A stretch of 64,000 bases of DNA from Vicinamibacterales bacterium. Lineage in GTDB: Bacteria; Acidobacteriota; Vicinamibacteria; Vicinamibacterales; UBA2999. The stretch lies in assembly GCA_040081715.1 (NCBI GenBank), contig JBEBFY010000005.1, positions 48,699-112,698 on the forward strand. Direction: 5' to 3'. A model generated the notes under the pieces. That model was given only the letters and a program-made list of their open reading frames with translations, ran no database searches and was not told where the DNA came from. Both the position numbers and the translations under genes were made by a program. Positions 35,461 to 43,244 of the stretch are shown here, in pieces (position 1 is the stretch's first letter; every line of letters begins with the position of its first letter).

Positions 35461-36729
35461 CTACTTGGATCTGCCGGCGGGCTGGCCGGCCGGAGCTTCG
35501 GCGTCGGCGGCAGGCGCGTCGACCATCTTGAGTTCCAGGTCTTTCTTGAAACGCGACAGCCGGATCTGCAGTGTTCGCGCGGATGCCTGTGCGGCCACAT
35601 CCAGGTCGATGGCTTTGGTGTCTCGAACCTTGCCGTCCTTGTTCAGCAGAGTCACGGTGGCTTGACCAGCACCCGGTCGGACGATGACAGCTGCCGACAC
35701 GGGACCCTCCGGAATTCCAGGGCCGGCGGATGTGTCCTCAGCCTTGGCCTTGAGCCCCTTGCCCAGCAACTCTGACCAGAGGGTATGACCGTCGATCTCG
35801 AGACTGATCTTGCCCTCGTCTACCGTATTCCTGAAGTCGATCAGTAGGTTCGGCGCGCGAGCAACAGCCGGCTTGGCCGATGCAGGCGCTGCGGCTGAAC
35901 GCACCGCCCTTGCCGATGCGGCCGGTCGCGGCGCTGCCGGGGACGCTGTCGTCGCGTGCGTAGCCGTCGGAGCAGGTGCCACGACCGCTGGCGCGACGGC
36001 CTCGGAACTGGTTGCCGCCGACGTGGTGTCTGCGGAGGGCGCAGCTGGTTCTGGCGTGGCCGCTGGCTGGCTATCGCCCTCGGCGGTCGGTGATGGTTCG
36101 GACCCCGACCGCGCGCCGTAGATGATCGCCGCGCCGACGATCAGGGCAGCCGCAGCGGCGACAAGCCACTTCCTGGAGGCAGCCGGTTCGGCGGCCTTCC
36201 CCTCCACCACCGGATCCGGCACGACAGGAACTGGCGTGGCGGGCACGTTCAGCTCCGCAGCCGGCTCCACCGCCGTGACCTTCGCGACGAGTTCCGCCAG
36301 GGGCTGCGGAGTCGCTGCGCTGGACTTGGCGAGAAGCGACTTGACGGCCGTCGCCAGCTTGTCGATGTGGAGTTCGAGCGGGACCGACATCGCGTCGAGC
36401 CAGTGCGGGGCGCTGATGAAATATTCGAGGGTCTTGGTGGGCGTCGTGTTCTCGATGCGCAGCGGGATGATGTTGATGCCCTTGTGAACGGCGCGCTCCA
36501 CCTCGCGCTCGATCTGCATCGACGCGTTGGCATTGCTGCTGAAGATCAGCACCATGATCTTCGATTGGTCGAGGGCGTCGATGATGCACTCCGCCCAGTT
36601 GGCGCCTGGTGTCACATCCCGCGGTGCGATCCAGCACCGGATGCGATGAATCGATTCCAGCTGTGAGCACACGGCATCGGCGATGGCCTTGTCGCTCGTG
36701 GCATAGCTGACGAACACGTCGTGTGCCAT
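35461..36729 (-). CDS. TIR-domain protein: N-terminal TIR, one TM helix, Ala/Pro/Thr linker and an unknown C-terminal domain (ThsB-analogous)
   Basis: 422 aa. The N-terminus HDVFVSYATSDKAIADAVCSQLES..IRCWIAPRDVTPGANWAECIIDALDQSKIMVLIFSSNANASMQIEREVERAV follows the bacterial TIR_2 pattern (FxSY..D, W.D, S-x5-E-x3-A). The candidate catalytic Glu is E76 (codon 36502-36504). The TM helix is WLVAAAAALIVGAAIIYGA (residues 188-206), preceded by R-K. Confidence 0.85.
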   Translation of the reverse strand: MAHDVFVSYATSDKAIADAVCSQLESIHRIRCWIAPRDVTPGANWAECIIDALDQSKIMVLIFSSNANASMQIEREVERAVHKGINIIPLRIENTTPTKTLEYFISAPHWLDAMSVPLELHIDKLATAVKSLLAKSSAATPQPLAELVAKVTAVEPAAELNVPATPVPVVPDPVVEGKAAEPAASRKWLVAAAAALIVGAAIIYGARSGSEPSPTAEGDSQPAATPEPAAPSADTTSAATSSEAVAPAVVAPAPTATHATTASPAAPRPAASARAVRSAAAPASAKPAVARAPNLLIDFRNTVDEGKISLEIDGHTLWSELLGKGLKAKAEDTSAGPGIPEGPVSAAVIVRPGAGQATVTLLNKDGKVRDTKAIDLDVAAQASARTLQIRLSRFKKDLELKMVDAPAADAEAPAGQPAGRSK

Positions 36730-36930
36730 AGGAGTGTCCTGGTCTGCGTCAAGAGGTTCGGGAACTCGTTCGCGCGAACGGTTTCAGTATCCACCGATCT
36801 CACGCTCCAGCGAGCGCACAGGACTGTCCATACATGGCACAAGTATCGACATTTACGTAGGAGTCATGATTCCCATGACGCGGGGAAGCAGCCCTGATAG
36901 CGGCTATCGTCCCCCGTGGGCGGCAGGGGC

Positions 36931-37407
36931 TCAGGGCCTGGATGCGACGATGCCCTTCAGCCCGGCGGATTGCAGGGGCAGGTCGATGGCGCCGGCCGGG
37001 AACCCGGCCCTCTTGAGCAGGAACGCCAGGACATCGGCGTTCTGCTGCGCGCTCAGCCCGCCCGGGCTGTTGAGCGGCATCTGGACGCGCATGTAGTCGA
37101 ACACCTCGCTCAGCGGCTTGCCGGCCCACTTGGCGACGAACGGCGGGCCGGTCAGCGCGGGCGCCAGGTCGCCGCCGCTCAGATCGAAGAGGTGGCAATA
37201 CGAGCAGTTGTCCGCATAGAGTGCTTCGCCCCGGGCGGCCTGCGCCTCCGAGAAGACGCCTGGCTTGGGCTGCGCCATCGGGGCGGCCTTCCTCCGGCCA
37301 CGTCGCTGTGCGGCGACCGGCGCAGCGGCCGTGACCACCAGGAGCGCGGTCATGGCGACGCAGGCGATGGCCGTCAATGGGTGCTTCATGTGGCGGCGCA
37401 TGGTCAC
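36931..37407 (-). CDS. Small secreted mono-heme c-type cytochrome (family copy 2)
   Basis: 158 aa with a signal peptide and CSYCH. It follows the same layout as 24109 (GVFSEAQAARGE...ADVLAFLLKRAGFPAG). Its GTG start overlaps the upstream gene's stop by 4 nt. Confidence 0.75.
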   Translation of the reverse strand: MTMRRHMKHPLTAIACVAMTALLVVTAAAPVAAQRRGRRKAAPMAQPKPGVFSEAQAARGEALYADNCSYCHLFDLSGGDLAPALTGPPFVAKWAGKPLSEVFDYMRVQMPLNSPGGLSAQQNADVLAFLLKRAGFPAGAIDLPLQSAGLKGIVASRP

Positions 37408-38516
37408 TCCACTTTCAGGCGCACGTTGCGCCAGTGAATTTCGGCCCCCTCGGATTCGAAGCCGATGTGGCCGGCCTCGGTGAACTCGTGTTCGGTGATG
37501 GTGTAGACGTGCAGCCCGTTGAGCGAGATCCTGACCTGGCCGTTCTTCGAGGCGATCTCCGCGCTGTTCCAGGCGCCGAGGGGCCGCTGTGCCTTCAGCA
37601 GGTTCTCCTTCTCGGTGGTGAACTTGAACTTCGTGTCCATCGGGAACGGCAGCAGCGGCCTGCTGTGATACCCCTCGATCTGGATGCCCTTGGGCCAGAT
37701 GCGGTGGTCGTTGATGAACATGAAATAGCCGCTGTTGCCGTAGTAGGTCACCCCGTCGTTGTCATCCCAGTCCGGCGGCGGCTCGAACCGGTAGTCGAAG
37801 CGCCAGGTGAAGTCCTTGTACTTCTTGAGCGTGTACATGTAGCCCTGGATCTTGCCGGTGCAGACGAGCACGCCGTTCTCGATACGGAACACGCCGCCCG
37901 GGTCGGTCTTGCCGCACCCATCGGGCGCCTGCCGGCAGTTCGGACCGAGCATGAAGCTCCAGCCGGAGAAATTCTTGCCGTTGAAGATGGATTCAAAGCC
38001 GGTCTCATCAAGCGCCTTCGCCGGGTTGATCCACAACGACTTCATCACCGACACGTCGGCGGTGAGCTCCCTGGGACCCGGAGGCAGGCCGTTGGCCTGC
38101 AGGATGTAGGCGACGATATCGACCTTCGTGTCGATGCCGATCGTGTCCGACCCGAAGGCGGGCATGCCCTGACGGATGCGGTTGAACAGGTAGTAGACGC
38201 TCGGGTAGTCGGGGTGGCCGTCCGACGTCTTCATCAGGTACTTGCCGCCGACGTTCATCAGCGACCGTCCCGCCACGCCCACGCGCAGGCCCCGGCCGGT
38301 CTTGACCTGCTCGGCCGTTGTCGCGCTGTCCACGGTGTGACAGAAGGCGCAATTCCGGTTGAACGCGGTGAAGCCCCGCCGGGCCTGAGCCTCGGTGTAG
38401 TACCCGGGGCCTGGCGGCGCCTGTGCCTCGACGACCGACGACGCACGCGGGGCCGACAGCAGTGCCGCCGTAATCGCGAATCCCATCATGGGCGTCAGCA
38501 ATGAGCGCGTGCGCAT
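37404..38516 (-). CDS. Secreted fusion of a c-type cytochrome domain and a DUF1080 (3-keto-disaccharide hydrolase-like) domain
   Basis: ATG 38516 is preceded by a GAGGAGG ribosome-binding site. There is a signal peptide, then CAFCH in a cytochrome domain of the same small-cytochrome family. The C-terminus is DUF1080-like (FESIFNGKNFSGW...FRIENGVLVC...YTLKKYKDFTWRFDYRF...GNSGYFMF...GAWNSAEIASKNGQVRISLNG...GHIGFESEGAEIHWRNVRLK). Confidence 0.75.
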   Translation of the reverse strand: MRTRSLLTPMMGFAITAALLSAPRASSVVEAQAPPGPGYYTEAQARRGFTAFNRNCAFCHTVDSATTAEQVKTGRGLRVGVAGRSLMNVGGKYLMKTSDGHPDYPSVYYLFNRIRQGMPAFGSDTIGIDTKVDIVAYILQANGLPPGPRELTADVSVMKSLWINPAKALDETGFESIFNGKNFSGWSFMLGPNCRQAPDGCGKTDPGGVFRIENGVLVCTGKIQGYMYTLKKYKDFTWRFDYRFEPPPDWDDNDGVTYYGNSGYFMFINDHRIWPKGIQIEGYHSRPLLPFPMDTKFKFTTEKENLLKAQRPLGAWNSAEIASKNGQVRISLNGLHVYTITEHEFTEAGHIGFESEGAEIHWRNVRLKVE

Positions 38517-38668
38517 GGAACCTCCTCGAACGTGTTGCCGGACGGCCGGGTGAGCCCCGGCGCAACGTGTGCGGATTTTAGTGTGCGGGCCCAGACGCCG
38601 GTGAGAAATATTCATGGCCCGGCTCGCAGGTCGACGAGCGAGGGCACCAGCCAGATGACGGGGATAGA

Positions 38669-39199
38669 ATGACGGCCATGGCGACGAAGAGGAGGATGCG
38701 CATGACGGTTGTGACAAGGGCCCTGGCATACGGGGTGGCGGTGGTGCTGCTGGCAGGGACGTCGGCTTCAGCGCAGACACCGGCGGATCTGGCCGCCATC
38801 TTCGCGTCGGCAGGGGATGTGTCTGCGCTGGTTGCAAAGGCGAAGGCGGAGCGGAAGCCTGACCAGCCGAACTTCGTGCAGCCGGTCGTGAAGCTTGTGC
38901 CCTACACGCTGAACCTGGAGTACCGCATGCCTGGGCTCAAGGCGCCGGCGTCGGTGCATGAAACCGAGGCCGAGATCTTCTTCGTGATTGAGGGTGCCGG
39001 CACGGCGGTCACCGGCGGTGCGCTTGAGAACGGCAAGCGTTCCAACCCGGAGAACCTGTCGGGTACCGGGATCGTGGGCGGAGACACGCGCCGCATCGCG
39101 AAGGGCGATGTGCTGTTCGTGCCGCAGAACTCACCGCACTGGTTCAGCGCGGCGGACGGGCCGCTGGTGATGCTGTCGTTGCACGTCCCTCGGAAGTAG
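38669..39199 (+). CDS. Secreted cupin-like protein
   Basis: 176 aa with a signal peptide. The cupin-like core is VHETEAEIFFVIEGAGTAVTGG...GDVLFVPQNSPHWF. It appears to be a paralogue of 43245-43757. Confidence 0.5.
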   Translation: MTAMATKRRMRMTVVTRALAYGVAVVLLAGTSASAQTPADLAAIFASAGDVSALVAKAKAERKPDQPNFVQPVVKLVPYTLNLEYRMPGLKAPASVHETEAEIFFVIEGAGTAVTGGALENGKRSNPENLSGTGIVGGDTRRIAKGDVLFVPQNSPHWFSAADGPLVMLSLHVPRK

Positions 39200-39226
39200 G
39201 CCCACCGACCGGCCCCGGCGCCTCGA

Positions 39227-39715
39227 CTAGTCCTTCACGATCGCGCACTCGCCGAGGTATTGCTCGGGCCGCGAGGTGTAGCCGGGGATGACGACGGCCG
39301 TCTCGGTCAGTTCATGGCGGCTATGCACGGCCTTGTAGAAGCCGGGCCGTGACTCGCTTGCCGAGATGCTGGTGAGGTAGACCTGCCCGCCAGGATTGGT
39401 GACCACCAAGTGCAGGTTGCCGCCGAGCAGCATCACGGTGATGAGCAGGTTGCCCGTGCCGCCCTTCAGATTGGCGCTGCCGTCCATGGCGTTGACGGCG
39501 TTGAACGCCACGGCCAGATCGGGCGTGCTCTGCTTCATCGAGGGTTCGCCCGTCCCGCGTGCCCAGTTCCCCGTCGTCATAACCTTGAAGGTGCACGCCA
39601 GGCCCGTCGCCTCGGCCAAGGGGCTGGCCTGCTGCGCGTGCGCGGAGGGCGCCGTAAGGCCGAGCCCCAGCACGAGGACGCAACCGAACCGGACGGTCAT
39701 TGAGCCGAACGCCAT
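39227..39715 (-). CDS. Secreted hypothetical protein
   Basis: 162 aa with a signal peptide (VLVLGLGLTAPSAHA). No family was recognised. Confidence 0.45.
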   Translation of the reverse strand: MAFGSMTVRFGCVLVLGLGLTAPSAHAQQASPLAEATGLACTFKVMTTGNWARGTGEPSMKQSTPDLAVAFNAVNAMDGSANLKGGTGNLLITVMLLGGNLHLVVTNPGGQVYLTSISASESRPGFYKAVHSRHELTETAVVIPGYTSRPEQYLGECAIVKD

Positions 39716-39732
39716 CCCTGCGCCTGAGTGAC

Positions 39733-40437
39733 CTAGCTTGCCGGCTGCTCGCGGCCCTGCGGCGTGAGCGAATAGCCGTCCCCGTGCACGGTGTGGATGA
39801 AGCGGGGCCGGTGGGGATCAGTCTCGATCTTCTTGCGGAGCCGGGCGATCGCATGGTCCACCGCCCGCGTATGCGGCGTGTCCGGAAAGCCCCAGACCTC
39901 CCGCAGCAGTTCGCTCCGGTGCACGATTGCCTCTGACCGTTCGGCCAGGTAGCGCAACAGCTCGAACTCACGATGGGTGAGATCCAGCGGCTGCTTGTCG
40001 CGCCAGGCCTGAAACGCCTTGAAGTCGATGACGACCGGGCCGAGCGTCAGTTCCTCGACCGTGGGGCGGGTGCGCCGCAGCACGGCATGGACGCGCGCCA
40101 GCAGTTCCTCGAGGTCGAACGGCTTGGTGACGTAGTCGTCGGCGCCGAGCGCCAGGCCCTTCAGCTTGTCGGCCTTCTGCCCGCGCGCGGTGAGCATGAT
40201 GATCGGGAACTGCCCGGCCTGGCTCCACGTGCGGCACAGGTCGAAGCCGTCCGTGCCGGGCAGCATCCCGTCGAGGATGACGAGGTCCGGGGCGACCTCG
40301 CGGGCGACGGTGATGGCCTGCGTGCCGTCGGCCACGCAGGTCACCTGGAAGCCCTCGACGACGAGGTTGTCGCGGAGGATGCGGGAGAGTGCGGCGTCGT
40401 CTTCAACGACGAGGATGCGTCGGGTCGTGGCAGTCAT
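39733..40437 (-). CDS. OmpR/PhoB-family response regulator
   Basis: 234 aa. Receiver motifs (ILVVEDD, LVILDGMLPGTDG, LTARG) and a winged-helix C-terminus (FIHTVHGDGY). It overlaps the upstream kinase gene by 4 nt. Confidence 0.9.
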   Translation of the reverse strand: MTATTRRILVVEDDAALSRILRDNLVVEGFQVTCVADGTQAITVAREVAPDLVILDGMLPGTDGFDLCRTWSQAGQFPIIMLTARGQKADKLKGLALGADDYVTKPFDLEELLARVHAVLRRTRPTVEELTLGPVVIDFKAFQAWRDKQPLDLTHREFELLRYLAERSEAIVHRSELLREVWGFPDTPHTRAVDHAIARLRKKIETDPHRPRFIHTVHGDGYSLTPQGREQPAS

Positions 40438-42137
40438 GACTGGGTGGCTACTGGCAGTGTAACGCCGACCGTCGTACCGGAGCCCGGTGCGCTCGTCACC
40501 CGCAGGGTGCCGCCATGGTCGGTCACGATCCGCTGCGCGATGGCGAGCCCCAGCCCGCTGCCTCCCGCGGCCGCGCCGCGGCCGCGGAAGAAGCGCTTCG
40601 TGACATGCGGCACGTCCTCGGGGGCGATCCCTACGCCCCGGTCCTCCACTTCGAAGGTGACCGCGGGACCATCCCGGTGCGCGGCGAGGCGAAGGAAGCG
40701 GCTGGTGCCCGAGTAGCGGATCGCGTTATCGACCAGGTTGGTCAGGGTCAGTCCGATCGCGGTCCGGTCCGCGCGCACCGGCGGCAAGTCCGGTTCCATG
40801 TCGATGTGAAACTCGAACTGGCCCTCCGCCAGCTGCGTCGAGAACTCCCGCAGAGCCGCGCCGACCAGCTCGTTTGGCGAGAGGGCCTCGAACGAGTACA
40901 CCTCTGTCACGTCGGTCACACGAGAGTAGGCGAGCAGGTTGTCGATGAGCCGCGTGAGCCGCTTGGCCTCATGGACGGCCATCTGCGCGTACTCCCGCTG
41001 GGTGTCGGCGTTGTCCACGCGTCCCGAGGCGAGTGTCTCGCTGATGGCCCTGATCGTGGCGATGGGCGTCTTCAGTTCGTGCGTGACGGTGGCCACGAAG
41101 TCCGACCGCATCTCGGTCAGCGCGGCGCTCTCCCTGGCGGCGCGCACACTGAGGAACACGGCCACCGCGAGCAGGAGGGATGTCACGGCCGCGACGATCA
41201 GCGTCTGCCGCGCACCTTGGTTGGCGGCAAGCAGGGTCGGATCGCCGGAGACCACCGCCGCGGCCGTCCACTGGAACACCGCAAGGTCCGGTGGCTGCCG
41301 GGCCGCCAGCAGGATGGGATCGAAGAACAGCAGCGGAAACGTCCGTTCCCCTCGTGCATCGACAGGTGTGCTCGACGCCGCGCCCACGACCGGCGTGCGC
41401 CGATCATCGGTGACGGTCAGGGCGATCCCGCCGCCGCCCGCCATGCGCGCCACCTGGGTGGAGAGGTCGTCGAAGTAGCGGCCACGCACCCACGCGAGAT
41501 CCACCAGGAAGCCGAAGACATCCGTGACCTGTTCCCGGTAGGCGTTCTGGTAGGAAATGAGAAACACGGCCTGGTAGCTCACGCCCTGAATCGAGATGTC
41601 GAACACCGAGTACCGCGACCCCCGCCCGATGTCGGCCGTCAGGCGCGTGAGCAGTTGCGACGCCACCTCGGGTTCGCTGGCCACGGCCACGGGCTGGCGC
41701 GCGCCGGAGGAAACGCGCAGCCACGGGGCGGACCGGTCAACCCGCGTATAGAAGACGGTGGTATCCGTCGCCAGCGGGGCGCGTGTCGAGACGAACACCT
41801 CCGGGTACGGATACCGGGCGAAGGCGCTGGCCACCAGGTCGTACTCGCTGTCGGAGTCGGTGTGCTCTGTGGACTGCAGTACCGACGCCTGCGCCCCGCG
41901 CATGTCGCGTGCGAGGGCCTGCACGAACAGGTCCACGGCGGCCTCGGCCCTCCGGCCAGCCAGCAGCGTGGCGCTGCGCTGCCACTCGGCCACGGCACGG
42001 TACCCGATGAAGGACAGCACGCCCACTGAGACGACGACTCCGGCGACCAGCCAAGACGTCAGCGGCCGGGCGAAGGCCCGCGACGGACGGGCGTCCCGAT
42101 GCGCGGGTGAGGCTGGAGTGGCGGCGGCAGACGGCAT
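40434..42137 (-). CDS. Sensor histidine kinase with a large periplasmic domain
   Basis: 567 aa. Two TM segments flank a domain of about 270 aa. H-box THELKTPIA, N-box TNLVDNAIRYS, G-boxes DRGVGI and GGSGLGLAIA. Confidence 0.87.
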   Translation of the reverse strand: MPSAAATPASPAHRDARPSRAFARPLTSWLVAGVVVSVGVLSFIGYRAVAEWQRSATLLAGRRAEAAVDLFVQALARDMRGAQASVLQSTEHTDSDSEYDLVASAFARYPYPEVFVSTRAPLATDTTVFYTRVDRSAPWLRVSSGARQPVAVASEPEVASQLLTRLTADIGRGSRYSVFDISIQGVSYQAVFLISYQNAYREQVTDVFGFLVDLAWVRGRYFDDLSTQVARMAGGGGIALTVTDDRRTPVVGAASSTPVDARGERTFPLLFFDPILLAARQPPDLAVFQWTAAAVVSGDPTLLAANQGARQTLIVAAVTSLLLAVAVFLSVRAARESAALTEMRSDFVATVTHELKTPIATIRAISETLASGRVDNADTQREYAQMAVHEAKRLTRLIDNLLAYSRVTDVTEVYSFEALSPNELVGAALREFSTQLAEGQFEFHIDMEPDLPPVRADRTAIGLTLTNLVDNAIRYSGTSRFLRLAAHRDGPAVTFEVEDRGVGIAPEDVPHVTKRFFRGRGAAAGGSGLGLAIAQRIVTDHGGTLRVTSAPGSGTTVGVTLPVATQS

Positions 42138-42148
42138 GCGCGGCGGTG

Positions 42149-43150
42149 TCAGCGGAAGAGTTCCGTTTCCCGGTAGTAGCGCGCCGCGCCGTCATGGAGC
42201 GGGATCGGCGTGAGCGGGGCTTGCTGCGGATCGATGCCCGGGACGTCGCCCTGCTCGGCAATGCGCGGGAGTGCGGCGAAGTAGAGGCGGGTGAGGTCGT
42301 AGGCGAGTTGCTCGTCGAGATCCGCACGGCACACGAGCACCATGTTCACGCCGACGGTCCGGACGGCGGTCTTCTGACCGGGAAACGTACCTGCCGGGAT
42401 GGTGACGGGACGGATGAACGCGTACTCACGGCGCAGCCGGTCCACCGCCGCGCCCTCGATCGGGATCAGCTGCTGGCCTTGCTTGAGGGCCTGCTCCGCA
42501 AAGGAGTTGGCCTCGAAGGCCATGGCAAACGTGGCGTCCAGTGTGCCTTTGCCCATGGCCACGATGGCGTCGGATGGTGTCACCGGGTGGTTCTCCACGT
42601 CCGCGGGCGTGAGGCCGTAGGCCAGCAGCACAAGCTGGGGCAGCGAGGTAATGCCGGAGACGGTGCCGGAGCCGGAGCCGGAAAGACTCCGGGGCACCGG
42701 CCACCCGGAGAACCGGGGGTCGCCTTCAAGCGGTGTGGGTGCGATGCGCGCCGGGTGCCCTTTCACATCCGTCGGGGACCGGATGCCCGACCCCGGGCGC
42801 GCGAACATCAGGATGGGCGCCACGTGGAGTGCCGAGATGGCGCGGATATGCTCCCGGGCCGACCGCCCGATGTCGCCCTCCTCCAGATGCGCGAAGTACA
42901 CGGAGTCCGCGAAGGTGACGCCCAATTCGGCTTCGCCGTCGCGGACCTGCCGTGCCGGTGTCAGGGGCGACGTCGCGATGTGCTGCACGTCGAGATCCGG
43001 ACGCGCCTTCGCGAGTTCGCGGGTCAGCGCCTCGGCCAGCCTGGACCCGGCAATCCTGAGGACCGGGCGCTTGGCGGCAGCCGGCGTGGATGGCGTCGCC
43101 TGGCACCCGGTGAGCAGGAAGGCGAGGGCCACCACCCCGACGTATTTCAT
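42149..43150 (-). CDS. TAXI-family (TRAP-associated, TIGR02122-like) solute-binding lipoprotein
   Basis: ATG 43150 gives MKYVGVVALAFLLTGC (lipobox). TAXI-like features are present (ADSVYFA..., LVLLAYGLTPADV, IPLHDGAARYYRE at the C-terminus). The longer track ORF (to 43675) is rejected. Confidence 0.65.
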   Translation of the reverse strand: MKYVGVVALAFLLTGCQATPSTPAAAKRPVLRIAGSRLAEALTRELAKARPDLDVQHIATSPLTPARQVRDGEAELGVTFADSVYFAHLEEGDIGRSAREHIRAISALHVAPILMFARPGSGIRSPTDVKGHPARIAPTPLEGDPRFSGWPVPRSLSGSGSGTVSGITSLPQLVLLAYGLTPADVENHPVTPSDAIVAMGKGTLDATFAMAFEANSFAEQALKQGQQLIPIEGAAVDRLRREYAFIRPVTIPAGTFPGQKTAVRTVGVNMVLVCRADLDEQLAYDLTRLYFAALPRIAEQGDVPGIDPQQAPLTPIPLHDGAARYYRETELFR

Positions 43151-43244
43151 GCCCGTATTCTGCCACTCATCAGTAGGTCTTTCGGGCGCGGCCGGACATC
43201 TTGGGGCTTTCTCCAGACAGCCTGGTCGGCTATCGTTCCGTGAC

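Noticed and set aside
36747-36752. A minus-strand TTGACG hexamer upstream of the TIR gene as a -35 box.
   Set aside because: With 17-nt spacing the matching -10 position would overlap the ATG itself (TATGGC), which is inconsistent with transcribing the start codon. It is probably coincidental.
31135-36930. A search for mobile-element hallmarks (integrase, transposase, tRNA target, terminal repeats) around the TIR/SLOG block.
   Set aside because: None was recognised by eye in any frame, so I do not call a mobile element. The lower-GC observation is reported only as a compositional finding.
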